Source of the DNA: an uncultured Actinomycetota bacterium
GTDB taxonomy: Bacteria > Actinomycetota > Geothermincolia > Geothermincolales > RBG-13-55-18
DNA length: 64,000 bases
Direction: 5' to 3'
Assembly: GCA_964462595.1 (NCBI GenBank)
Contig: CAYWXM010000058.1
Location: 90-64,089, forward strand
Part shown: piece after piece, positions 27,928-37,631 of the stretch
Layout: each line of letters begins with the position of its first letter
Position numbering within the stretch: the stretch's first letter is position 1
Translations under genes and position numbers: made by a program
Notes under the pieces: generated by a model
The model's input: the letters and a program-made list of their open reading frames with translations, nothing else
Database searches by the model: none
Told to the model about the DNA's origin: nothing

Positions 27928-28257
27928 AGAAGGAGATTTTATCACACCCGATACGCTGCCGAAACCGACAACGTGAGCGAACGTAGCAAGCTGCTTGTAT
28001 CGTGGCGGAAGCAGGTAGACAGACCGGCAGGCACCTTGTGGCAAGCATTTTTACCCTGACGGACCGGAATGGATCGGCCGGACGCGCCGGATGGTGCTTG
28101 TCTTTTATCATCAGTCAAACGTGCAGCTGTTGTTATATTAAGGGTCAACGCCTGTATGCTGAAACCGAATTGAAGGACAAAACGTCAACAAGAAGGAAGT
28201 TATCGGATATGATATCTGTAGGATTGCTTCGTAGCGGCGCACGGTAACCAAGTTAAC

Positions 28258-29373
28258 GTGGAGTTGATGCTTATGAGCAAGAGCACGAGGACCGTGTTTT
28301 CCATCATCGCCATCGTCCTCTTCCTGGGATCGACCCTCGGCCTGATCCTTACCCTTACCGCGGATTCGGGAGAAAGCGGAGAGGCCAAGCTCTCTGTTGA
28401 GGTCTACCCGCGCGAGGAGATCCTCACCGCCGCCTACAAAGCCTACGGGGATGATCAGCAGAACCTGTGGGCGGCCAAGACGATCGTCGAGAACGTGGGC
28501 GATTCTCCCGTTAACGATTTCCGCATCGATTACAAGATCGAGGGTTACTGCGACTGGACCTCCGCAGAGGTATACCCGGTCATCCTCCCCGGACAGACGG
28601 TGCGCGACTACTGCTGGCCGAACCTGGACGATGCCAAGATGAAGGAAGTGACCTCTAAGACCCCAGTGGAATTGACGGTGAGATACTCCCATGAAGGGCT
28701 GGGTGAGCCTATCCTGGACATGGAGAAGATATATCTCCTGGGAAGGAACGACTTCGTCTTCACCGACCTGGAGGATGAAGACATCCTCACCTTCACCGAC
28801 GCCTTCGACAATTACCCCATGGTCGCAGCCTTCGTGACCCCCAATGAGGAGACGGTAAAAAGCGTGGCCAACAACATGGCGGGGGGACTGGAAACGGGCA
28901 TGAACGACAACGACGTCTATGCCGCGTTCATCCGCTGCTTTGACGGCATGCGCGCGCTCGGGGTGAAATACATCCAGGAGCCCTCGAGCTACTGGTCGGA
29001 CCGCGCGGCCCAGTACGTGCAGTACCCGGCCGAGACACTCAACCGGGCCTCGGGCACCTGCCTCGACCTGGCTATATGCATGTCCGCGCTCATGGAGGCG
29101 GTGGGGATAAAAACCTACATCGCCCTCATACCGGGCCACGCCATCCCCATCATCGAGCTGCCCAACAGCGGCGAATGGTACGCCATCGAATCCACATTTA
29201 TCGATAAGGATTACGCCCTTTCCCATTTCCCCGGCGAGACCAGTCCGGAGGTTACCGCGGAGGAATGCATAGATATGGCCGCCGAGGAGATAAACGCGGC
29301 CATGGACGAGGGCTCCTATATTCTGATCGACGTAGAGAAGAGCTGGTCGCAGGGGGTGATGCCGATATGGTAG
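28258..29373 (+). CDS. Secreted/membrane-anchored transglutaminase-like protein
   Basis: N-terminal TM, Ig-like region, GTCLDLA...IPGHA...AIEST catalytic-triad pattern. The start may be the ATG near 28273. Confidence 0.75.
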   Translation: MELMLMSKSTRTVFSIIAIVLFLGSTLGLILTLTADSGESGEAKLSVEVYPREEILTAAYKAYGDDQQNLWAAKTIVENVGDSPVNDFRIDYKIEGYCDWTSAEVYPVILPGQTVRDYCWPNLDDAKMKEVTSKTPVELTVRYSHEGLGEPILDMEKIYLLGRNDFVFTDLEDEDILTFTDAFDNYPMVAAFVTPNEETVKSVANNMAGGLETGMNDNDVYAAFIRCFDGMRALGVKYIQEPSSYWSDRAAQYVQYPAETLNRASGTCLDLAICMSALMEAVGIKTYIALIPGHAIPIIELPNSGEWYAIESTFIDKDYALSHFPGETSPEVTAEECIDMAAEEINAAMDEGSYILIDVEKSWSQGVMPIW

Positions 29374-30275
29374 CCAGATCCTTCAAGGGCGGCACGGTCG
29401 TTCTCGCCGTCGCCATGATCCTTGCACTGATCCTCTCGGTCCATCCCGCACTGGCCCAGGAGGTCGGCGAAGAGGGCGAGTACACCGTACAGGAGGAATA
29501 CCGTATCGAGATCAACGAGACTGGGGATGCGCATATCACCGATACCATCACCTACGACGACGAATGGTTCGATGAATACGGATACCTCTTCGAGGAGAAC
29601 CCCAACCTGCTCTCCCGCCGCTACCGCGCGGACAGCAACGTGGGAGAGGTCGAGAACTTCGATGTGAACATCGACAGCGGTGAGGCCACCATCACGGTGA
29701 CCTTCGACACCCCCGGCCTGGCCTACAATCTCTCCGATGGATGGACGGTGTTCGGCTACGGCGATTACGAAGTGGCGAGCGAGGGCGATGATGAGGTGGT
29801 CCTGGAGGCGTTGTGGACCATCACCAACGAATACAGCCTCTTCGAGCCCATGGGCCTGGAGGAGGAAGTCATCATCGATCTTCCCGAGGGCGCGCAGGGC
29901 GTTGATTACGACGAGACGACGGGCGCTATCGAATACGACCTCGCGTATACGGCAAAGGGGGGCGGGGTCCTGGCCAGCAACAAGACGCTCTTCACCATCG
30001 TCTTCGCCATGATCATGGCCCTCTCGCTGATATTCCTGCTGTTCGTTTTCACGCGCAGGGTCCAGGCGCCGGCAGCTGTGGACGCTACGGGAGCGGGCAT
30101 ATCCCCCGCGGCGGCAGGAACCCCTGCCGCGTCCATGCAGGCACAGCCGGAGCGGCACGAAGCGATGGTATCTTCCGATGAGGCCGGCGCAACGCCCAGG
30201 TTCTGCAAAAAATGCGGCCATCCATGGGGGAGCCCGGACGAGCGGTTCTGCCGCAAATGCGGCGCGCCTCACTAG
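29367..30275 (+). CDS. Membrane protein with acidic extracellular domain and C-terminal zinc ribbon
   Basis: Signal peptide, TM helix, FCKKCG...FCRKCG. Confidence 0.75.
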   Translation: MVARSFKGGTVVLAVAMILALILSVHPALAQEVGEEGEYTVQEEYRIEINETGDAHITDTITYDDEWFDEYGYLFEENPNLLSRRYRADSNVGEVENFDVNIDSGEATITVTFDTPGLAYNLSDGWTVFGYGDYEVASEGDDEVVLEALWTITNEYSLFEPMGLEEEVIIDLPEGAQGVDYDETTGAIEYDLAYTAKGGGVLASNKTLFTIVFAMIMALSLIFLLFVFTRRVQAPAAVDATGAGISPAAAGTPAASMQAQPERHEAMVSSDEAGATPRFCKKCGHPWGSPDERFCRKCGAPH

Positions 30276-30395
30276 GTACTGCGCCTGAGATCCGCATGCA
30301 ATAGGTGTGTCCTGCCCCCAACAGCTCGCAAGAGCATCGCGCGAACAGTGGATCGGTTATGTGCAGCAGAAGAACTCTGGCCTCAAAACGCAGCG

Positions 30396-31520
30396 TTATT
30401 CGTACAGACAGGATAGGAGAGCGTTGCCCGTCGCTTCCATCTGCCAGCCTTTGAGCAGCCCGCTGTCCTTCAATTCGCGCAGGTCGGCCGGCTTTAACCT
30501 CGCTATCGCCTTCAGGATGGCGTTGGGCAGCAGGAAACCCGGGTCGAGCCCCAGGTCTTCCGCCCTGCGGTCCCTTGCACTCTTGAGGTGCTTGAGCATC
30601 TTTTCGGCGGCGAAGTCCCTTTTCTGATGTACGTGCGCGGGAAAGCGAGGCAGTTTGTCGTCGGGCAGCTTAATCCCTTTCTCCACCGCCTTCATGATCT
30701 CGCCGCCGAAACGCGCCATCTGGCGTTCCGAAAGCGCCTTCAATCCCTCGAACTCACGACGGTTACGCGGATACCCCTGGGAGATCTTGAGCAGCCTCTC
30801 CGTCCCTATCACCTTGAAGGTGGGCACATCCAGGCCTCTCGCCCTCTCCTCCCGCCAGTCCAGGAGGGCCTGCAGGACCCCCAGCTGGCGGGGGGAAAGC
30901 TCACGGGCCCCTTTCACCCTGGTAAAAGTGGCGCCCTTTTCGGGCATCCTGTCCAGGTTATCCACCAGCCTCTTGAACTCCTCCCTGGCCCAGGCCATCC
31001 TTCCCGTGGCCTCTATGTCTTCCTCCAGGCGCTCGCGCAGAGAGATAAGATAGGCCACGTCGCTGGCCGCGTAGTCCAGCATCTCGCGCCCGAGCGGGCG
31101 CCGCGACCAGTCCGCCTTCTGCAGCCCCTTGTCCACTGAGAGCCCGAAATAATCCGCCAGCAGGTCCGCCAGGCCGACTTTTTCCCTGCCCAGGATGCGG
31201 GCGGCGACCATGGTATCGAAAATGGGGCCTGGTTTAACTCCCAGGAAGGTGAGGAGCATCCTGCCGTCGTAATCCACGTCGTGGAACACCTTTTCCACGC
31301 TCTCGTCCTCGAGCAAGGGTGCCATGAGCGATAGATCCAGCCCCAGCGGGTCGACGATATATATGTTCTCTCCGTCCCCTATCTGGAGCAGGGATATCTT
31401 CTCCGCGTAACGATGGTAGCTGTCGGACTCGAGGTCAACGCTTATGCGGCGGACACCGCGCAGATTATCCAGCATCTCCCGCAAAGCCGCCGTGTCTCCT
31501 ATGTACTGGAAATCTATCAT
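30396..31520 (-). CDS. rnd: Ribonuclease D (DEDDy exonuclease + HRDC)
   Basis: VDLESDS, VFHD..YD, FDTMVAA, DWSRRPL..YAASD, HRDC domains. Confidence 0.9.
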   Translation of the reverse strand: MIDFQYIGDTAALREMLDNLRGVRRISVDLESDSYHRYAEKISLLQIGDGENIYIVDPLGLDLSLMAPLLEDESVEKVFHDVDYDGRMLLTFLGVKPGPIFDTMVAARILGREKVGLADLLADYFGLSVDKGLQKADWSRRPLGREMLDYAASDVAYLISLRERLEEDIEATGRMAWAREEFKRLVDNLDRMPEKGATFTRVKGARELSPRQLGVLQALLDWREERARGLDVPTFKVIGTERLLKISQGYPRNRREFEGLKALSERQMARFGGEIMKAVEKGIKLPDDKLPRFPAHVHQKRDFAAEKMLKHLKSARDRRAEDLGLDPGFLLPNAILKAIARLKPADLRELKDSGLLKGWQMEATGNALLSCLYE

Positions 31521-31664
31521 GCCCATATTATAAAGCCCGGCGGGCAATAAGTAAGGCGATATTCGACAACCTCGAAGCCATGGCGGGGATGATGGCGAAA
31601 AAGGACCTGCTACCTCGGTTTTAATACCGGCACCTTTGATGCTAATATGTTTCTTGGTGATAAC

Positions 31665-32312
31665 ATGACTGACGGCGAAAAGCGCAAAAAAAAGCGCCTG
31701 CCGGCATTGGAGCGCAAGAAAGTGATTCTCGATGCCGCCGAGTGCACATTCGTGGAATTCGGATACCATGGCGCCCTCATGGAGACCATAGCCCAGCGGG
31801 CAGAGGTCACGAAACCCATCCTCTACCGCCACTTCCCGAGCAAACTCGACTTGCTCCTCTCCATCCTGGACCGCGCCGGTGGAGAGCTGCGGGATTCCCT
31901 GCTGCGCCCGGACCCCAAAGAGATGGACTGGCTCGCCGCGACCAGGTACAGCGTTCACGCCTATTTCGAATTCGTCGTCAACTCGGAGAAGGCTTTCCGT
32001 CTTATCTACGCCACCGATCTGAACGTCGACCGCAAGGCTTTCGAGCGCATCACGCATATTCGCGAGGAGATCATAAAGATAGTGGCCGACATGATCTCTT
32101 CCTATACCGATATATCCTTCGTGCCGCGCCAGGACATCGACATAACGGCCATAATGCTGGTGGGGATGGTGGAGACTACGGTCACCCACTGGATGAACGA
32201 CAAGGCCATCTCCCTCAATGTATACGAGGATAACCTCGTAAGGGCCGCCGCAGGCATCCTGGCGAGACTGCCGGCCAGCAGCCGGCCGGCCGGAGGGCCC
32301 GAAAAGGGCTGA
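31665..32312 (+). CDS. TetR/AcrR family regulator
   Basis: ILDAA..F...GY...METIAQRAEVTKPILYRHFPSK. Confidence 0.92.
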   Translation: MTDGEKRKKKRLPALERKKVILDAAECTFVEFGYHGALMETIAQRAEVTKPILYRHFPSKLDLLLSILDRAGGELRDSLLRPDPKEMDWLAATRYSVHAYFEFVVNSEKAFRLIYATDLNVDRKAFERITHIREEIIKIVADMISSYTDISFVPRQDIDITAIMLVGMVETTVTHWMNDKAISLNVYEDNLVRAAAGILARLPASSRPAGGPEKG

Positions 32313-32507
32313 AGATATCCGTAACGGGGATGAGCATGCCACGCCCTGCCGCGAACGCAAAACGGCGCCTGGCCCGCATAAACATTGGCGAACGCTGTAT
32401 GCTATCATATCCCATGATGGTTAGTAACCGGTACATTTACCTGCTTCGGAACCTAACCTGAAGAGGCGGGCTTATCCGTGGCAAGCCAGCCGTGAGGGAG
32501 CAAGGAT

Positions 32508-33125
32508 ATGGCCAAACAGAGGCTGTCGGCCGAGAAAAGAAAACAAAGCCTGATCAAGGCCACGGAGCGATGCCTGTCCCGCAAGGGTTATTACAACTGC
32601 ACCACCGCCGACATAGCCGCCGAGGCGGGTATCACCGAGCCCGTCCTGTACCAGCATTTCCGGGACAAGCAAGACCTGGTCACCACGATGCGCATGCAGG
32701 CCATCGACGACATATCCGAATACGTGGTCAAACGCGTCCTGAAGATGAAAACGCAACTGGGTGGCCTGCGCGAGTGCGCCGAGGCGGTATTCGACTACAC
32801 GCAGCGGCACCGCAGCAAGATGCGCGCCTATTACTATTCCATCCCCGAGCTGGGCAAAGGGGGGTTGAGGCGTTCGCCGGTCGAGCGCCTGCACCGTCTG
32901 CACGACGCCGTTTCCTACATGCTGGGAGAGGCGCAGCGCCAGGGAGACGTGATCGAGGGTATAGAAACCGCGGACTTCGCGTGGAGCTATATCGCCCTGG
33001 TGGAGATCGTGTACATCGCGAACGCGCTCGGCCTGGACGTGCCCTTCAGCCAGAAGAACGTGTACTTGGATCTCATCGACCGGCTGCTCGCGAGCGTGTC
33101 CGTGGCGCCGGAAGCGGAGGTATAA
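32508..33125 (+). CDS. TetR/AcrR family regulator
   Basis: TTADIAAEAGITEPVLYQHFRDK. Confidence 0.92.
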   Translation: MAKQRLSAEKRKQSLIKATERCLSRKGYYNCTTADIAAEAGITEPVLYQHFRDKQDLVTTMRMQAIDDISEYVVKRVLKMKTQLGGLRECAEAVFDYTQRHRSKMRAYYYSIPELGKGGLRRSPVERLHRLHDAVSYMLGEAQRQGDVIEGIETADFAWSYIALVEIVYIANALGLDVPFSQKNVYLDLIDRLLASVSVAPEAEV

Positions 33126-33129
33126 GCAG

Positions 33130-33735
33130 ATGGCAAAATATGGTGTACGCGGCAATCGCAGGCAACAGATCATAGACGCGGCCATCAAGGCCTTTGCCGC
33201 CAAGAACTACGACGGCGCCTCGGTCACGGACATCGCCAACGCAGCGGGCATCACCAAGCGTGCCATATACCGGTATTTCGCCACCAAGCGCGAGCTGTTC
33301 TACGCCGTCCGCAACGAGGTCTACGGAACCATAGTGAACAACCTCTGGAAGGAATTGCCACCGGCCAGTGATTTCAGAGAGCTTGCCGACGCCATCATGC
33401 GCAATCACCTCAGGTTCAGCCTGGAGAACCCGGAGATGGCGCGCATCGTGGTCAATACCATCTCCGAGGCCGCCACCAGGGAATTGCAGGAAAACATCGT
33501 GGCGTTGCTCGGCGAACGAGCCTGGGAGGTTCAGGCCCTGATGAGATCCGGCATGGAGGATGGGACGATGGACCCGGACCTGGACCCCATGTTCGTATCC
33601 TGGATACTGGTGCTGATATTCTTCTTCCTTGTCTACATGCAGGCCTGCGGTGACGACAGGCTCATACCGCGTGGCGAGGATGCGGCCTCGGTGCTGATGA
33701 AGCCCTTCCTCGCCTCCCTCGCCCCCCGCAGCTGA
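33130..33735 (+). CDS. TetR/AcrR family regulator
   Basis: SVTDIANAAGITKRAIYRYFATK. Confidence 0.92.
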   Translation: MAKYGVRGNRRQQIIDAAIKAFAAKNYDGASVTDIANAAGITKRAIYRYFATKRELFYAVRNEVYGTIVNNLWKELPPASDFRELADAIMRNHLRFSLENPEMARIVVNTISEAATRELQENIVALLGERAWEVQALMRSGMEDGTMDPDLDPMFVSWILVLIFFFLVYMQACGDDRLIPRGEDAASVLMKPFLASLAPRS

Positions 33736-33764
33736 TCTCCTCTGCCGGAGCGGACAAAAAGCCC

Positions 33765-35000
33765 CTATTCGAATATTTTTTCTTCCTCGTTGAAGGCCTC
33801 GGGCGCGTCCATCTCCACGTCGCGCTTGCCCTTGACCTCCGCTTCCAGTTCCTTGAAGTACTCGTGCTGTATGATGAGGCTCATGACCTGGTTGGTACCC
33901 GTCCAGATGGAGAGCAGGCGGGCGTCTCTTAACATCCTCTCGATGGGATATACGTTGGTGTAACCTATGCCCCCCATGGCCTGCATGGCGTTGTAGCAGA
34001 TGTCCCAGATCATCTCGGTGGCGTATTTCTTGGCCTCTGAAACCATGCGCCGCATGCGGCCGTGCGGTATCCCTTCGTCTACCGCCCTGGCGGTCATCCA
34101 GATGAGGCTGCGCATGGCGTCAAGCTTAACCAGGCTCTCGGCGATCATGAACGACACGGCCTGGAAATTCTTTACCGGCACCCCGAACGCCTTGCGGCGC
34201 GTGGTGTAACGGGCGGCGATATTGATGGCCTCCTCGGCGGAAGCGGCGCATCCCGCGGCCGAGGTCATGCGCTCGGGGATCATCATGCGGTAGAAGATCT
34301 GGGATGCTCCGTTTTCCTCCCCCACCAGGTTTTCCACAGGAACCTTGGTGTCGCGGAAGAGAACGCGGCCGGTACCGCTGCCCCTGGCCCCCATGAGCCC
34401 GTAGACCGTCTTCACCTCCACGCTGTCGTCCCGCTCCACCAGGAAACAGCTGAGGCTGTCCCGCGGCGACGCATCCGGGTTGGTGCGCGCATAGACCATG
34501 AAGAAGTCCGCGCCCTCCGCACCTACTATGAATCTCTTCTGCCCATGCAGGACGTAATGGTCGCCCTCCCGCCGCGCCGTGCAGGTGGCGCCGAAGAAAT
34601 CGGAGCCGCCGCGGGGCTCGGTAAGCGCCTCGGCGCATACTTTCTCCCCCTTCAGGGTAGGCACCAGGAAGCGCTGCTTGTGGTCCTCGTTTCCGAACTG
34701 CACGATACATTCACCCACGATGCTCACCAGCGAATAGAGACAGGTAAGGGGCACGCCCACCAGGGACATCTCCGAGATGGCGATGACCTCGTCCTCCCAC
34801 TTCATACCCTTGCCGCCGTATTCGACGGGAAAGCGCAGGCCCAACAGGTTCCTCCTGCCGCACTCCTCCATGAAAAAGCGTGGGAAGGGGGCGATCATGG
34901 CGTCCATGTCCAGGACCAGCTGGCGCGGCACCCAGCTCACCAGGTCGCGCATCTCCTCCTGCAGGCTCTTCTGCTCTTGGGTCATGATGAAATCGAACAT
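33765..35000 (-). CDS. Acyl-CoA dehydrogenase family protein
   Basis: ALTEPRGGSD, GQKRFI, RKAFG, GGIGY, IWTGTNQ. Confidence 0.93.
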   Translation of the reverse strand: MFDFIMTQEQKSLQEEMRDLVSWVPRQLVLDMDAMIAPFPRFFMEECGRRNLLGLRFPVEYGGKGMKWEDEVIAISEMSLVGVPLTCLYSLVSIVGECIVQFGNEDHKQRFLVPTLKGEKVCAEALTEPRGGSDFFGATCTARREGDHYVLHGQKRFIVGAEGADFFMVYARTNPDASPRDSLSCFLVERDDSVEVKTVYGLMGARGSGTGRVLFRDTKVPVENLVGEENGASQIFYRMMIPERMTSAAGCAASAEEAINIAARYTTRRKAFGVPVKNFQAVSFMIAESLVKLDAMRSLIWMTARAVDEGIPHGRMRRMVSEAKKYATEMIWDICYNAMQAMGGIGYTNVYPIERMLRDARLLSIWTGTNQVMSLIIQHEYFKELEAEVKGKRDVEMDAPEAFNEEEKIFE

Positions 35001-35079
35001 ACCAATCCCTCCTCTAAACGGCTGTCTGGAGCGGTCTTATACTGTTGCCATTTCCCTCGTACCGCGGTCTATAAAGCCA

Positions 35080-35631
35080 TCAGCCCGAGTCGCCCGGGCC
35101 GGATACCCGTCGCAAATCCCGCGCAGACCCGCCGCTCCCCTTCTCCATCTCCTTCACCACGTCGCGGGCTATCGCAAGGTATTCCGTATCCGTCTCCTGT
35201 TCCTCCAGTATCTCCAGGAAGCTGGAGGCGAACTCCAGCATCTCCCCTCTTATCTCCCGCAGCTCCTCGATCCTTTCATCTATCTCCCGGATATGCTGCA
35301 GCCCGTATTCCAGGGTGCGCATGATCTGCTGCTTCTGCGTGGCATCGACTTCATATAGCTCGAGTATATCCACCAGTTCGGAAAGAGAGTAACCGAACCG
35401 CTTGCCACGCAGTATCAACTTCAGGCGAGCCCGGTCACGCTCGTCATACAACCGCTGGCTCGTGGGGGTATTGCGATGGGGTTTGAGCAAACCCACCTCC
35501 TCGTAGTACCGGATAGCCCGGGGGGTTATCCCGAATTCGGCCGCCAGTTCCGAGATGGTCGCCTTGCGTCGGGAGCTTTCTCCGCCGCCCGCCGGCACCG
35601 CGTTAAGCCTCTCCCCTCCCCCGACATTCAT
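35080..35631 (-). CDS. MerR-family regulator, LiuR-like
   Basis: TISELAAEFGITPRAIRYYEE.GLL.P...RLKLILRGKRFG; ATGA overlap with the upstream ACAD. Confidence 0.88.
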   Translation of the reverse strand: MNVGGGERLNAVPAGGGESSRRKATISELAAEFGITPRAIRYYEEVGLLKPHRNTPTSQRLYDERDRARLKLILRGKRFGYSLSELVDILELYEVDATQKQQIMRTLEYGLQHIREIDERIEELREIRGEMLEFASSFLEILEEQETDTEYLAIARDVVKEMEKGSGGSARDLRRVSGPGDSG

Positions 35632-37265
35632 TTCCTCGCCAGTTCCCTTGCCTGCGCCTGCCCCGCATCCGCAGCCGATTCCGCCTCGGCCAGGGCCAGG
35701 TCCTGATAGGCGTGGAAGAGCCGGGCGCAGAAATCGTCCCAACGCCGGCAAATCTCCATCGTCTTTTCGCTCATCTCGAAGAGATGGGGCACGGCCAGCA
35801 GTTCGACGATCTCTTCGCCGTATTCCCTTATCGTCGCCGGATCGGCTCCCTCGAGCACGCTGGCCACGAAGTCGGCCGCCGGGTACCAGTCTGCCACCCT
35901 CTGGAAATCCCGGTGCATCTGGGTCAGCAACACGTTGCGCGGCCCTTCCCACAACTCGTTTACCAGCCCATCCCTGAGCATGCGCGGGAAACTTGAGAAA
36001 TCCTCCATAACCCCGTGGCCGCCAAAGATGCTGATCCCCAGGCGCGAATCGTCGTTGGCGTCGCCGGCCACGGTGATCTTCTGCAGCATCACCAGCTGCC
36101 TTACGTCGAAACGCCTCCTCTTCAGCTCCAGGGGCTCGTCCGTGTTCAACCCGGGAACCAGGCCACCGTGGAGGTTCATGTAATCCCTGTACACCTTGAA
36201 GCTCGCCGCCGTGGAGCGCCTGGCGCGATGCTCCATCCACGCCAGCTGTCCGGCCAGCATGGGAAAGTCCTTGATGGCGAGGCCGAAGGCGGTGCGGAAT
36301 TCCGCATATTTGCCGGCCTCGCGTAAGCCACGGGCCATGCCGCCGCTCATGCCTATCCCCACCATGAGGCGGGATATAGTGAGAACTATGCCCACCACGT
36401 TGGCCACGCCACGGTCGAGGGGCCCCACGGGATAGGCCAGCGCGCCGTCGAAAGTGATCTCCGCCGTGGGCAGCTCAACCGTGCCCATCTTCCACTTCAG
36501 GCGGTCGATGGTGTAACCGTTCCGTATCTCCCTTTCCTTGTCGCCCGGGAGCCACATGGGGACGACGAAGAGCCCCGCCCTCTCCGACCCCTGCGGTTTA
36601 GCCGTTACCGCGGCGTAATCCGCGTGAGCCGCCGAGCAGAAGAACTTGTTCCCATAAAGGCGCCATACGCCTCCTTCCTCCACCGCCTCGAGGAGGTTGT
36701 CGGGCACGTCGGAGCCGCCGTGTATCTCCGAGACGAACTGGGCCCCGATGGCGAAATCGCCGCCTACGCCCTCTTTCAGGTGGGTGAGGACCTTCAGGGT
36801 CTCGGCCGTGTCCGCGAAGGCCTCCAGCAGCGCCACGAGCCCCCACGTGCAGGCCACGGGACATGCCACCCCCGCCTCCGAATTCTGAGAGAGCAGGTAG
36901 ACCTTGACGAAGCGGGACCATGGAGATGTGCTGTCCGAGAAGAGCGCCTCGGAGAAGACCTCCTTTTCCATTACTTCGATCTCGTAGGGGCGCACGATGC
37001 GGTCGATGCGGTTCTTGTGCCCGTCGTAATGCATCATGTAGGGTCGGTTATCGGGTGTGGCGATCCTTTCCGCGAAATCGCGCCAGCGGAAAGAAGCCTT
37101 GAGCGAGAATTCCCTGGCCTGCCTGTCCACCTCCTCCGCTTCCGGGCCCGCGAACACGCGTACCATTTTCTGAAGAAACGGGTCGTCGGCGTAGTAATCG
37201 ACTTTCCTGCGCCACTCGAGATAGGGGTTGAAGCTGTAAGGGTTGTTCCTGTCCGGGAGAGACAT
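35628..37265 (-). CDS. AidB-like acyl-CoA dehydrogenase
   Basis: CPVACT, SEIHGGSD, KFFCS, RLKWKMGT, NELWEGPRNV; RBS AGGAGG. Confidence 0.88.
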   Translation of the reverse strand: MSLPDRNNPYSFNPYLEWRRKVDYYADDPFLQKMVRVFAGPEAEEVDRQAREFSLKASFRWRDFAERIATPDNRPYMMHYDGHKNRIDRIVRPYEIEVMEKEVFSEALFSDSTSPWSRFVKVYLLSQNSEAGVACPVACTWGLVALLEAFADTAETLKVLTHLKEGVGGDFAIGAQFVSEIHGGSDVPDNLLEAVEEGGVWRLYGNKFFCSAAHADYAAVTAKPQGSERAGLFVVPMWLPGDKEREIRNGYTIDRLKWKMGTVELPTAEITFDGALAYPVGPLDRGVANVVGIVLTISRLMVGIGMSGGMARGLREAGKYAEFRTAFGLAIKDFPMLAGQLAWMEHRARRSTAASFKVYRDYMNLHGGLVPGLNTDEPLELKRRRFDVRQLVMLQKITVAGDANDDSRLGISIFGGHGVMEDFSSFPRMLRDGLVNELWEGPRNVLLTQMHRDFQRVADWYPAADFVASVLEGADPATIREYGEEIVELLAVPHLFEMSEKTMEICRRWDDFCARLFHAYQDLALAEAESAADAGQAQARELARK

Positions 37266-37363
37266 CCTGCACCTCCTGATGATCCGGCGGAATACACCAT
37301 TCGGAGGAAGCGGTTTCGAGCGCCCGGGAAGGGGCTTTAGATGGGATTTTCTTCCTCTCTCCA

Positions 37364-37399
37364 TTAAATATTAACGTTAACGTTAACGTCAATATTTAA
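37364..37399. promoter_or_regulatory. 36-bp palindromic LiuR-type operator
   Basis: TTAAATATTAACGTTAAC|GTTAACGTCAATATTTAA with one mismatch; contains overlapping TT.ACGTTAACGT.AA sites. Confidence 0.8.
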
Positions 37400-37631
37400 C
37401 GATATGATAGGCTTTTACCCTGCGCCTGTCAAGCTGTGAACCCGGGAATAATCTGGCGTTCTCCCTTTTTCCTTATATGAACAGCCTGCGAAAGGATTAC
37501 GGCAACCCGGCGGGCTGGCCTGCCCCGTATTGCGACCAGCCCCGTGCTGTGTTCGATCCTGTCGCGGCCGCGAAACCGGGGCGGCGGGGATCAACCCACG
37601 CAGGCTGGAACCCGCGCCGAAGACGTTCGCG

